This document shows, piece by piece, positions 23,201 to 32,911 of a DNA stretch of 64,000 nt. The stretch is from positions 2,016,001 through 2,080,000 of the forward strand of contig CAVUAK010000001.1 in NCBI GenBank assembly GCA_963739455.1, read 5' to 3'. Position 1 is the stretch's first letter; every line of letters starts with the position of its first letter. The notes under the pieces were generated by a model. The model saw only the letters and a program-made list of their open reading frames with translations. It was not told the DNA's origin and ran no database searches. This DNA comes from an uncultured Gemmatimonadales bacterium. Its GTDB lineage: Bacteria; Gemmatimonadota; Gemmatimonadetes; Gemmatimonadales; GWC2-71-9. Position numbers and translations under genes: made by a program.

Positions 23201-24244
23201 CGGCGCCTTCAACCGGATGGCGGCCGACGTGCGCGCGAGCCGCGAGGCGCTGGAGGCGGCGCGGCGGCGCACCGAGACGGTGCTGGCCACCGTGGCCACC
23301 GGGGTGATCGCCGTTGATGCCGGGGGACGGGTGCTGCTGGCAAACCGCCAGGCTGAGCAGCTTCTCGGCGTACCGCTGGCGGAGGGCGTGCGGCTGCGTG
23401 GCTACGTGAGCGAGGAGTGGATGCCGCTCGTGTCGGGGGTCGAGGAGGTGCTGGCGGGTCGGGAATCGGCGGAGGGACCGACGGAGCACGCCGTTGGCGG
23501 GTCGCCGCGTGAGCGCGCAGCACGCGCGGCTGGCCGGTCCACTCGGCGGCGTGGTGGTGGCGCTGACTGACGTCACCGACATGTCGTACGCCGCGCGCGT
23601 GCTCGCCTGGGGCGAAATGGCGCGGCAGGTGGCGCACGAGATCAAGAACCCGCTCACGCCGATGCGGCTTGGCATGCAGCACCTGCAGCGTGCCTGGCAG
23701 GACCGGCGCGGCGACTACGATCGCATCCTCACGGAAACGTCCGACCGCATGCTGGGGGAGATCGACCGGCTCGATCGCATCGCGCGGGCCTTCAGCCGCT
23801 TCGCCGCACCGAGGCGGTGCCGACGATCCGGTGGAGGCGATCGACATGGTCGCGGTGGCCCGCGAGGTGGTGCAGCTCTACGCCCTGTCGGATGCGGGGG
23901 CGCGGGTGGAGCTGAGCGCCCCGGCGGCGCTCGCCGGACGGGCGCGGCCGGACGAACTCAAGGAAGTGCTGGTGAACCTGCTGGAGAACGCGCGCAATGC
24001 CGGCGCGGCGAAGGTGCAGGTGTCGATCGAGGCGGGGCGTATCACGGTGACGGATGACGGATCCGGCATCCCCGCCGACGCGTTGCCGCGGGTGTTCGAG
24101 CCGCACTTTTCCACCAACACCAGCGGGTCCGGCCTCGGGTTGTCGATCGTGAAACGGCTGGTGGAAAGTTGGGGTGGTGCGGTCGCGATCAGCAGCGTGG
24201 TGAGGCGGGGCACGACCGTCACGATCCGGTACCTCCCCGCCTGA
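20245..24244 (+). CDS. Large membrane sensor histidine kinase (NtrY-like; HAMP-PAS-HisKA-HATPase), several frameshifts
   Basis: AWGEMARQVAHEIKNPLTPM, NLLENA, DDGSGI, GSGLGL across consecutive ORFs. Confidence 0.85.
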
Positions 24245-24327
24245 TCGCGCCAGGCGGATCGTGGCGTTTGGTACCGACGGGAGTGCTTGCGGTGTGGCGG
24301 CGCGAGGGGCGACCGCTACACTGGCAG

Positions 24328-24992
24328 ATGCTTGCCCGCGTCTGCTCCGCCGCCGTGCTCGGCATCGACGCCTACCTGGTAGACGTCGAGATCGACATCA
24401 GTAGCGGGATGCCCACCTTCAATACGGTGGGACTGCCCCAGGGAGCGGTCAAGGAAGGCAAGGAGCGGGTCGCGGCGGCGCTGGCCAACGCGGGATACGC
24501 CCTCCCGCTCCGGCGCATCACGGTCAACCTGGCCCCGGCCGACGTGCCGAAGCAGGGATCCGCGTTCGACCTGCCGATCGCGCTGGGCGTACTGATCGCC
24601 AGCGAGCAGGTGCCTGCGTCGCTCTCGGATGCCCATGGCCGACGGACCGTCGTAGCGGGCGAACTGGGCCTCGAGGGCGACCTTCGTCCGGTTCGCGGGG
24701 CGTTGCCCATCGCCCTCGCTGCGCGTGCCGCGGGCGCTGCGGCACTCATCGTCCCACTGGCCAACGTGCCCGAGGCGGCTGTGGTCGCCGGGATCTCGGT
24801 CCTTGGCGCTGGCTCGCTCGCCGAGGTCTGCAGGCACCTCACCGGTGAGTCTCTCCTCTCAGCGGCCGCGGTGGATCCGGCGCGATACCTCGCGGCGGCC
24901 ATTCGCGATGACGCTGACTTTGCGGACGTGCGTGGGCAGGCGGGGGCAAAGCGAGCACTGGAGGTGGCGGCCGCCGGCGCACACAACATCCT
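24328..24992 (+). pseudogene. comM: comM/YifB Mg-chelatase-like ATPase, 5' part interrupted by an insertion
   Basis: VGLPQGAVKE, RITVNLAPA, FDLPIALG, GELGLEG, DVRGQ..AKRALEVAAAGAHNIL, then breaks. Confidence 0.95.
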
Positions 24993-25000
24993 AATATTTT

Positions 25001-25020
25001 CACCTTGAGGACCTAAGGAC
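25001..25020 (+). repeat. attL-side inverted repeat arm CACCTTGAGGACCTAAGGAC
   Basis: 18/20 match to the reverse complement of 40935-40954. Confidence 0.9.
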
Positions 25021-25052
25021 CGCTGGGTAGGTTCAACTCAAGGAGACAGCCA

Positions 25053-26714
25053 ATGAGCCCCACGAAGTCGAAGAACGAGCCCTCGGACAACAAACCCCGC
25101 GCCTTCAGTTACCTGCGCTTCTCATCCCCAGAGCAGTCAAAGGGAGATAGCTACCGGCGTCAGACCGAAGCGGCGGAGGCGTACGCAACCGCTCACGGGC
25201 TCACTATCGACAAGCGGAGCTATCGAGATCTCGGCATCTCGGCCTTCCGTGGGAAGAACGTGGAAGAGGGGGCCCTAGGGGAATTCCTCGAAGCGGTACG
25301 CCTTGGGATCATTCCGAAGGGCTCTATCCTGCTCGTTGAAAACCTTGACCGCATCTCTCGGCAGACTGCCCGCAAGGCATTCATGACGCTCAATGGCATC
25401 ATCGAGGCGGGCGTGGAGGTTGTCACGCTTTCCGATGGACGCCGGTACAGTCAGAGCACGCTGGATGAGGGCATGGTTGAGCTTCTCGCATCCATCCTGC
25501 TCTTCTCCCGCGCCAATGAGGAGAGCCTCACGAAGGCTCGCCGGATCTCTGCCGCGTGGTCGAACAAGCGGATGAAGGCACGTGTGCACGGCACGCCGAT
25601 GACGAAGCGCGTTCCGGCGTGGATGGAGCTGAAGGATGGGAAGTACCGCCTGATCCCGGAGCGGGCGAAGATTGTGAAGGACATCTTCACGCGCTGTCTC
25701 AAGGGCGAGGGACAGGCCCTCATTGCTCAGGAGTACAACAGGGCCAAGCTCCCAGCCTTCGGCAAGGCGAGCTACTGGCACAAGAGCTACATCCTCAAGG
25801 TTCTGGACAACCCCGCCGCCTACGGGACACTCGTTCCCCATATGATGAAGGACGGCAAGCGGGTCCCAGAAGGGCAACCGCTGAAGGGGTTCTATCCAGC
25901 CGCTGTGGATGAGGAACTCTTCCGCCGCACACAGGACGTGCGCCGTGCGCGGGGCTCGCGAAGGACCTCGCAAAGGCCCTTGAGGAATCTCCTTGGGGGC
26001 CTCGCCAAGTGCCCGAAGTGCGAATCCGCCATGACCATCGTAAACAAGGGAAAAGACGGAGGAGCAATCCGGCTCGTCTGCGTAAGAGCGAAGGCTTCGG
26101 CAGGCTGTCAGTATGTCACTGTAGTCTATGACGCTGTAGAGGCGGGGCTCATCACAGGACTGCACAACTCGGCGGTACCAGTCGCAGAAGGTGGCTGGGA
26201 TAGCTACGGCGTGAGCGGGCTTGAGTCGGACCTTGCTCTCGCGGAGACCAGCCTCGAAGTGGTAGACGCCAGCATCGAGAAGTTCATGCAAGCCATTGAG
26301 CAGGCGGGCTCCTCTGCGGCCATCACCGGGAAGATCCGCAGGCTGGAGGCTGAGAAGGAGGAACTTCTTGAAAAGCAGCGCACGCTGTGGGCTCAAATCG
26401 AGGAGGCGCGGCACCCTCTGACGGAGAAGAAGATGTCAGAGCTTCAAAAAGCCATTACAAAGGAGCCGCTGGATAGGAAGCTCATCAACTCACTCCTTCA
26501 TCAGATCTTCACGGAGGTCATCGTGGACTACGAGAAGGGCGCGCTTCGGCTGAAGTGGGCACACGACGGCTACACCGAGGTCGGATACTCTGCCGGATTC
26601 TATGGGTTCGAAGAGATGGTGGAAGTCGAGGCCAACACCTTTGTCACCAAGGCGGAGGCAAAGCGGATGATGCCGGTCTCGAAGAAGGATATTCGGAAGA
26701 AGAAGACCGCCTGA
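25053..26714 (+). CDS. Large serine recombinase (resolvase + recombinase + zinc ribbon + coiled coil)
   Basis: YLRFSSPEQ catalytic motif, VENLDRISR, YPAAVDEELF, CPKC...C...C; aaggag RBS. Confidence 0.95.
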   Translation: MSPTKSKNEPSDNKPRAFSYLRFSSPEQSKGDSYRRQTEAAEAYATAHGLTIDKRSYRDLGISAFRGKNVEEGALGEFLEAVRLGIIPKGSILLVENLDRISRQTARKAFMTLNGIIEAGVEVVTLSDGRRYSQSTLDEGMVELLASILLFSRANEESLTKARRISAAWSNKRMKARVHGTPMTKRVPAWMELKDGKYRLIPERAKIVKDIFTRCLKGEGQALIAQEYNRAKLPAFGKASYWHKSYILKVLDNPAAYGTLVPHMMKDGKRVPEGQPLKGFYPAAVDEELFRRTQDVRRARGSRRTSQRPLRNLLGGLAKCPKCESAMTIVNKGKDGGAIRLVCVRAKASAGCQYVTVVYDAVEAGLITGLHNSAVPVAEGGWDSYGVSGLESDLALAETSLEVVDASIEKFMQAIEQAGSSAAITGKIRRLEAEKEELLEKQRTLWAQIEEARHPLTEKKMSELQKAITKEPLDRKLINSLLHQIFTEVIVDYEKGALRLKWAHDGYTEVGYSAGFYGFEEMVEVEANTFVTKAEAKRMMPVSKKDIRKKKTA

Positions 26715-26741
26715 AGCGCAACTCCAGCAATATCCATGACG

Positions 26742-26765
26742 AGGCCCCCGCGCAGGGGGCTTTCC
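26742..26765 (+). terminator. Hairpin after the recombinase gene
   Basis: gccccc-gcgca-gggggc followed by ttt. Confidence 0.5.
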
Positions 26766-26796
26766 CATATTGCCTACCAACACCTCCCCGGAGCCT

Positions 26797-27477
26797 ATGC
26801 CTACCAAGAAGCCAGTGAAGAAAACCAAAGAGCAGCAATGGGCCGCTACGGTTGCCCGCTCGAAGCACGACATGAAGGCGAGCCGGGTCTACTGGAGCAA
26901 CTACATCGCAACCTTTCGAGGCACCCACGCTGAGGACATCAACCCACGCTCACGCACCCCCATCCCCCCACTTCGGACCTGCCCCCTCCCAGACCGTGAG
27001 GGAGCCCCGTCACACATCCTGCGAAACGAGGCGGGCGTTCCTGTCCTGCGGCTCGTGGTGGATGATGACCGGTGGTCCTTCTGCATGAGCGAGGAGGCAT
27101 TCCAACGGTTGCAGGCGGAGGGTCGGAAGTCCAAGCCCGAGGTGGCTGCTCAGAGTGACCGTGAGTGGGCTACTCTCGAAGCCCTCCCCTACACACCCCA
27201 TCGCCAGCCGGGAGAGTTCGAGCCTAGCCTCGCCCTTGATCCGGCCGCACGACAGGAACGGCTGGACCTTGAGAGCGAACGGCTGCGGAGGCTGAGGGCT
27301 TATCACGAGCGCAGAGTATTTGATCCAGAGCGCCAGCGGGGACAGGCGGCGGCAAATCGGCGGCAGGATGCCCGCTTCGAGGCGTACAGAGCCGCAAGGA
27401 ACATCCGAAACGAGGCTCTTGGGCTCCCGCTAGAGGAAAATCCTATGGATTGCGGAACGCACACTTCACCTGCTTAG
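26797..27477 (+). CDS. Hypothetical protein (element)
   Basis: ggag RBS, MPTKKPVKK start, long open frame. Confidence 0.65.
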   Translation: MPTKKPVKKTKEQQWAATVARSKHDMKASRVYWSNYIATFRGTHAEDINPRSRTPIPPLRTCPLPDREGAPSHILRNEAGVPVLRLVVDDDRWSFCMSEEAFQRLQAEGRKSKPEVAAQSDREWATLEALPYTPHRQPGEFEPSLALDPAARQERLDLESERLRRLRAYHERRVFDPERQRGQAAANRRQDARFEAYRAARNIRNEALGLPLEENPMDCGTHTSPA

Positions 27478-27849
27478 GGCGTAGCTAGTGGTAAAGTTGC
27501 GCTCTTCAGTCCAATATTTCTGATGCAACTTGCCATCTCTCATGTCGATGGATACGACCCCCGCCAGAGGAGGCCCATAGGCGCAACTCCAGTTACGCTC
27601 ATCAAACACATCACAATTCGTAAACGTCTCCGTATCCCGCCCAAGGTCGCCCTCTCGGTCGCTGGCGTCCAAGACCCAAAGGACTTCCTTCTTCTCCTGA
27701 TCGAGCTTGTAGCGAACGACAAAAACGGTGGGGCTTTTCCTGTCAACGGCTGGCTCTTTCCGGGTCCAAGTATAGCGGCGTTCGACCATGCCGCAGCCAG
27801 ACGAGGCGAGCGCAAGTGCACCCAGCACCGCCCATCTAGCATGAATCAT
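27466..27849 (-). CDS. Hypothetical lipoprotein
   Basis: MIHARWAVLGALALASSGC lipobox-like signal. Confidence 0.65.
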   Translation of the reverse strand: MIHARWAVLGALALASSGCGMVERRYTWTRKEPAVDRKSPTVFVVRYKLDQEKKEVLWVLDASDREGDLGRDTETFTNCDVFDERNWSCAYGPPLAGVVSIDMRDGKLHQKYWTEERNFTTSYALSR

Positions 27850-28011
27850 CAAGCTGGATATCTGCTGTCTCATTCGAAAGCTCCTTGGCATACGCGAAGA
27901 GTGTGCGGTCTCGGCCGGGAACTGGCAAGGCGGCTAGGCCGATCGCCCCATGTACCTAGACAGAAGCGGTACCGCGAGCGACCCTTCGCACTACCCCTTA
28001 CGGATTCCAAC

Positions 28012-28473
28012 GTGAAAGTCTATCGGCTTCTCCTGCTCGCCTTGGCCGTGCTTCCACAGCTTGCAAACGCACAGCAAGATACGGCGCTCGCAAGGATGGA
28101 TTCGGCTAATGCCGTCCTTCAAGCCCGCCTCATCAAGGGCCGCGAGTGTACGAGTGAGGTGATGCCGGAGAGAGGACCAGTGACCAACTGCGATTTCATC
28201 TTGCCGGGGGCAATGCACCTCACGGCGGGGTCAGTCGGCACCGATAACCCCTCGGTCGTGGTGAACTGGACGGAGCGAGCCTACCGGTTCTACATCACTC
28301 AGCAAGACGGAGGCATGTGGGTGACGGTCTGGTACTCGGATGACCAACGTCCACCGGGAAACTGGAAGCATGGGGAGGCGTGCATCAACGTGAAGACGGC
28401 GCTAGTCTACCCAATCTCATGCGTGTGGGTCGTCATTGGGAATGCGAAGGGAAAGCCGAAGATCGGGAAGTGA
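28012..28473 (+). CDS. Hypothetical exported protein
   Basis: GTG start, KVYRLLLLALAVLPQLANA signal peptide, four Cys. Confidence 0.65.
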   Translation: MKVYRLLLLALAVLPQLANAQQDTALARMDSANAVLQARLIKGRECTSEVMPERGPVTNCDFILPGAMHLTAGSVGTDNPSVVVNWTERAYRFYITQQDGGMWVTVWYSDDQRPPGNWKHGEACINVKTALVYPISCVWVVIGNAKGKPKIGK

Positions 28474-28553
28474 GATTTCTCCGGGGAATCTTGCGCTCGT
28501 GGGGTCGAAACGGGAGAATCGAGAAGGGCAATGGCGTCCTCTAGGAGGAACTG

Positions 28554-29192
28554 GTGGTAAGGTACACAGTGGCTCTATTGGTCGGACTCGCCCCGTTCTG
28601 CTGCGTCCCTGTTTGGGCGCAGATGACTCCTACCCCAAGCTCTTCCCAAAGTGCAGAGCCACAAAAGGCAGACCCCAATGCGCCGCTTCCTAAAGTAGGG
28701 GAGCCCACAGGGGACGCCATTCCTTTCTTCAAGGTTGATTACAACCAGTTCACCGACAGTACCACCCTCAAGGGACCGAGGTTGGATAAGGTGTCCTTCT
28801 ATGCGCGCATGGAGGCGAGCTTCCTCGGTCAGAAGTTGCCAGAGACTTTTCAGACTGTGTTGCGCTTCGAGTACAAGGACATCGGGAATGCGAGAGCGAT
28901 TCCGCTAGGAGCGGAGCTGTCACCCTTCAAGACGGGTGGGACGGTCTACCTCCTCTTTGATGGCGGTGCGGCTCGTGCTGCGCTCCCCATTGTAGCGACG
29001 AGGTTTGAGGCAGCAGCGACAACGCCAGTCTACAAAGGCTGGGCGGTGGTCTCGGATTCAGTTTTGCGGTTGATGAGCGCGTCAAAGAAGATTGAAGCGC
29101 AGTTCTTCGCTAGCCCAATGGGCAAGTGGACACTCCCGAACGACTCGCCGGGAGCGGCTCAGGTCCTCCTCCGACTGCTTGAGACCAAGTGA
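28554..29192 (+). CDS. Hypothetical exported protein
   Basis: ggagga RBS, signal peptide ending VWA-Q. Confidence 0.65.
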   Translation: MVRYTVALLVGLAPFCCVPVWAQMTPTPSSSQSAEPQKADPNAPLPKVGEPTGDAIPFFKVDYNQFTDSTTLKGPRLDKVSFYARMEASFLGQKLPETFQTVLRFEYKDIGNARAIPLGAELSPFKTGGTVYLLFDGGAARAALPIVATRFEAAATTPVYKGWAVVSDSVLRLMSASKKIEAQFFASPMGKWTLPNDSPGAAQVLLRLLETK

Positions 29193-30130
29193 CAATTTTT
29201 TCATCGCGACTTCCAAAGTCCGTGATGCGCGACGGGCGCTCTGCTAGGCTCAAGAAGCTCTTAAGTGGTGAGGAAACTCAGCACGTCGAGTTCAAGAAAT
29301 CGGTTGGGTTAGTCGAATCAGCAGATTTTGTGCAGTTTGCAAATTCTTCTGATGGCGGCGAAATCCTCGTCGGTGTGGAGGAGGTTAAAGACGGCAATGG
29401 TCGAAGAATGCCCACGGTGGTTGGCTGCCTCACCACTGACGCGAACAAACGAAGTCTGCTGGACAAAGCGGGTTCATGTTCGCCTCCAGTAGACATCACG
29501 GTCCACGTGGAGAAGGTCGAGGGCAAGCAATTCTATCGGGTGGTGATCCCGAGTGGACTGCACAAGCCCTATTGCACAGCAAGTGGGACTTACGTTATCC
29601 GAAACGACGGCGAGAGGAAGGCTTTGCTCCCCGCACAGCTACTGAATCTTTTTCTTGAATCGCAGGGGACTACGTTCGTGGAACGCTTTAAGGAAGCTTC
29701 GAGGGGAATTGATGAGGCTCTGAAGGAGATGCGTAGTCGTATTGAGGAAGCAGGCAGTGCGACGGAGGAGCAGCTCAACCTCATCTCACGGGTTGCTGAG
29801 CACGCGAGTGAGACATCCGATGAAGCTATGAGCAATGCCGCTGATGCCGTCGCTGCAATTGAAGATGTCTCTGCTCAAGTCGATGCCGCTCACAATGACC
29901 TTCTTGAGAGTGTCCACAGCGCGAACCGGAGGCTGAAGAAGGTTCTCAAGCATCAAGGGATCTCAGATCCGGATGAGGATGACGCTGAGTATTGGCGGAA
30001 GTTTGCGGAGAAGCAGGAAGCGAAGGAGAGAGAGGCGGCGGCACTTCTCGGGCAAGCCGCCAGCCAAGAGAAGTCAAAGGGTTCCAGACCTTTGCGGTCG
30101 CGAAAGAACGCTTCGCGTAAGCGCAGTTAG
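29189..30130 (+). CDS. Schlafen/AlbA_2-domain protein with C-terminal coiled coil
   Basis: ETQHVEFKK, FANSSDGGEILVGVEE, IPSGLHKPYCT..G.YVIR. Confidence 0.85.
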   Translation: MTIFSSRLPKSVMRDGRSARLKKLLSGEETQHVEFKKSVGLVESADFVQFANSSDGGEILVGVEEVKDGNGRRMPTVVGCLTTDANKRSLLDKAGSCSPPVDITVHVEKVEGKQFYRVVIPSGLHKPYCTASGTYVIRNDGERKALLPAQLLNLFLESQGTTFVERFKEASRGIDEALKEMRSRIEEAGSATEEQLNLISRVAEHASETSDEAMSNAADAVAAIEDVSAQVDAAHNDLLESVHSANRRLKKVLKHQGISDPDEDDAEYWRKFAEKQEAKEREAAALLGQAASQEKSKGSRPLRSRKNASRKRS

Positions 30131-30220
30131 GTGAGAATCGACATAGACCGGGCTGCTAGGAGTTGAGTGGTTTTCTGAGTACCTTGTGTTGGTAGGTATC
30201 CACCCCCTTCAAGGAGGCCC

Positions 30221-30532
30221 ATGACTACCCCCAGTGACCCCCCAAGTACCCCGCCACTCCCCTCAGCAGGCTCCCGCCCCGAAGACAAACCCCTCTCCTA
30301 TTGGCTCGACCTCGTAGCCTCCTGTATTCCTAGCAAAGATCCCAATGATGGTCCAACCGATTTCACTGGACGAATCCCGAAGACCGTGGAAGAGCGGGCG
30401 TACATCGGACATCTGGCGCGAGGCGGGACGTTGAGCTTCGAGATCTTTTCGAGGTGGTCAACGGAAGTGATGGATCAGGTCTTCATAGAAACGCTACAGG
30501 AGTTTCGGGAGGAGCGGGGGGCGAAAGCTTAG
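30221..30532 (+). CDS. Hypothetical protein
   Basis: aaggagg RBS before ATG. Confidence 0.6.
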   Translation: MTTPSDPPSTPPLPSAGSRPEDKPLSYWLDLVASCIPSKDPNDGPTDFTGRIPKTVEERAYIGHLARGGTLSFEIFSRWSTEVMDQVFIETLQEFREERGAKA

Positions 30533-31116
30533 ACCTCGCCGCGAGTCTTCTTGAGACGCCGCATGGCTTGTTGAATCGCCGTCGAGACATATTCGGGCTG
30601 GCGCTGTATCTGATGCCCGGAGAAGCGCAGGAGCGTGTACCCCTTCGCCTGTAGCGCATTCCCCACTCGATAGTCCTTCTCGCGCTGTGGTACCGTCGAG
30701 TGAAAGTCATGGCCGTCGCAGTAGATGGCGAGTGGCAGGGTCAGATGGAGCAAGTCAGGGTAGGTGTCTCCCGGTTCACACTCGCCCGCAATGCTCAAAT
30801 ACGGGATAATGAGTGCGCGGCCCCGCCTGAACTCCGACATGATTCCGCACCGAACAAGCAGCCGATCCATATCAAGCTCGATCTCCGACTCAACCATTAT
30901 CAGAGAAGCTGCTCTCTCCATGAGGACCGGCAGGATGTCGCGGAAGGAGAGCGCCTTCGAAGCTCGTGGGACCTTCCATGCGAGGAGGTCACTGAAGCGG
31001 TTGCAGAGGTCGGCAAGCAGCCGCTCTTCCCCCAAGGTGAGAGCTACCGCCGCGAGACGCGCGAGGGCGTTGTCGGTGGTCGGCTGGGGCTTCGGTGAAG
31101 GAGCAACTGAGGTCAC
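30529..31116 (-). CDS. DUF559/Vsr-like endonuclease-domain protein
   Basis: YPDL...AIYCDGHDFH...REKD....LQAKGYTLLRFSGHQI. Confidence 0.8.
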   Translation of the reverse strand: MTSVAPSPKPQPTTDNALARLAAVALTLGEERLLADLCNRFSDLLAWKVPRASKALSFRDILPVLMERAASLIMVESEIELDMDRLLVRCGIMSEFRRGRALIIPYLSIAGECEPGDTYPDLLHLTLPLAIYCDGHDFHSTVPQREKDYRVGNALQAKGYTLLRFSGHQIQRQPEYVSTAIQQAMRRLKKTRGEV

Positions 31117-31805
31117 TTCTTGGCCCGTCGTGATTTCGGGGTTGGGGCCTTCCGTCGCGAGGGTTGCGTTTCGGCGCGGACTGTTTGCATGCCAAACTCA
31201 CTGTCCGATTGTGCTGAAACGTCCATTGTTAGGCCGGACGCCAATGCGGCATGAAAGAGGCCGTGTTGCTGAATGTCTATCTCGAAGAGATCCACCGCAT
31301 CATAGAGGGCGTGCGCGTCGAGAGACGAAAGCTCACGCAGCTTAGGAACGAGGGTGGCGGCAACCTTTGCTGGCTCAACTCGTGATGGGAAGGCCCGATG
31401 TTCGGGCTTCGCAATCTTGACCCATTCGTCGACAACGGCCCAGAGAAAGCGGGGGATTCTCTTGCGCTCAGAAGCGATCGCTTCTACGAGCAGAAAGGCC
31501 TCCTCACGAGTCAGGCGGAGTCCAAGCACGGTCTCGCGAGCGGTAGCGTAGTACCTCTCAAGATCTCGCCGCACTATTGCCGCAAGTGATTCGTCCGGCC
31601 AGCGCCGACGGCGAGCCACTTCCAAAGCCAGTTGTTCCCCGAGCCTCAATGAGATCGGGGGATTCCCAATATCAACGGTGTTGACGCCAACAGAGATGGT
31701 GAACCCGGACATGGGCTCACCGTCCTTCACGAACGGCCCCTGCGGACCGAAGGGTATCGGTTCGCCGATAAGGCCGGGAGGAGTCGTGGGCGGGTTGTCA
31801 GTCAC
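31113..31805 (-). CDS. Probable ribbon-helix-helix regulator
   Basis: ISLRLGEQLA...SLAAIVRRDLERYY; GTG start inferred from the upstream promoter. Confidence 0.55.
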   Translation of the reverse strand: MTDNPPTTPPGLIGEPIPFGPQGPFVKDGEPMSGFTISVGVNTVDIGNPPISLRLGEQLALEVARRRRWPDESLAAIVRRDLERYYATARETVLGLRLTREEAFLLVEAIASERKRIPRFLWAVVDEWVKIAKPEHRAFPSRVEPAKVAATLVPKLRELSSLDAHALYDAVDLFEIDIQQHGLFHAALASGLTMDVSAQSDSEFGMQTVRAETQPSRRKAPTPKSRRAKK

Positions 31806-31830
31806 ACAGGAGGTCCAGTTAAGGTTCCCG

Positions 31831-31866
31831 AAGATACAGGTGTATACAAATGTCGTCAAGTGTATT
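31831..31866 (-). promoter_or_regulatory. Sigma70 promoter TTGACG-N17-TATCTT with overlapping ATACAC repeats
   Basis: -35 at 31854-31859, -10 at 31831-31836. Confidence 0.7.
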
Positions 31867-32641
31867 GGAAGGAGGAAGGCTCTGAACCGACCTGAGGCTG
31901 AGATTTTGTTGCGGGCACAGGAGCGCCTTGTTCTCCCCCTCAAGTGTGGTAGTAATCCCCCCTAGGGGGCCTTGTCAGGGGACCCACCAAATCGGGGCCG
32001 GGCACCCTCCTTAGCCCACCATCTCACCCACTGCCGGGCCCTCTTACATCCGCTCGGTCTTCACTGACATACGGTTAGCCCTGTGTGACCCGCTGATACC
32101 CAATCAGCTATCAGGGTCAGGGGAACCCAACAGGATGCTCGTGGGGTCTGAGCCTGTCTGTGCGGGGCACCAGAAGGGCCTTTGAAGGGGCCTTCGGAGG
32201 AGCCTTGGCGGGCTCAGTAGGCTCGATGCGCGCCTAGCTGGGGTTCTTGATAGGGAACCTGCTGAGGACCCCTTGCGGGAATCTTCAGGAAAACGGGCTG
32301 AAATCCCCGAAAAACGGTCATTTTCTCGCGATTTCGGGCCGAAATAAGGCATTTTGGGGGTGTCGAAGGGCATTCGGAGGGGCGGTGTCTAGGGACCCCT
32401 AGAAATGGATCAGAGCCCGGCTAGGAACCCACTGAAGTCACTGTCACGCGCTCAAGTGGGTCCTGTAGAGCCACTGTGCAGACACAGCGAGCGAGATGAG
32501 TGCTTCTATTTCGAGCGAGGTTGACTCAGGACGAACGATCTCTGGCCTAGTTGAGCCGAGTGAGCGTTGAGGATAGATCGTGGCTCAGACTGGCGTAGGC
32601 TGGCTAGTGGAAGAGGCATCAATCGGGGCAGGCATCTTGCT

Positions 32642-32911
32642 ATGTCCGAAGGCATGAAAGTGATGAAGCGCCCGAAGAAGAGGCCGGTCCTCTACCACGG
32701 AAAACCGTGTCACCGCTGCGGAGGCACCCGCCGGTTCAAGAGCAACCGAAGCTGCACAGTCTGCACGCGGAAGGCTGCGGCGGAAGATGCCAAGCTCTAC
32801 CATGTCAGGAAGTTCAACCGCAGGGCGGCTTGGGTGCGGTCGCACAAGGAATTAATGGATCGTCTGGAAGCCCTCTCGAAGACCCTGCCCAGCTACGCGG
32901 ATCTGGAGTAG
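32642..32911 (+). CDS. Small C4 zinc-finger protein
   Basis: YHGKPCHRCGGTRRFKSNRSCTVC; exact start uncertain. Confidence 0.7.
   Translation: MSEGMKVMKRPKKRPVLYHGKPCHRCGGTRRFKSNRSCTVCTRKAAAEDAKLYHVRKFNRRAAWVRSHKELMDRLEALSKTLPSYADLE

Noticed and set aside
20245..24244. Calling frameshifted host genes pseudogenes or programmed frameshifts
   Set aside because: Indels are scattered across many unrelated genes, including normally essential tsaC, with no in-frame stop decay; sequencing error is more parsimonious
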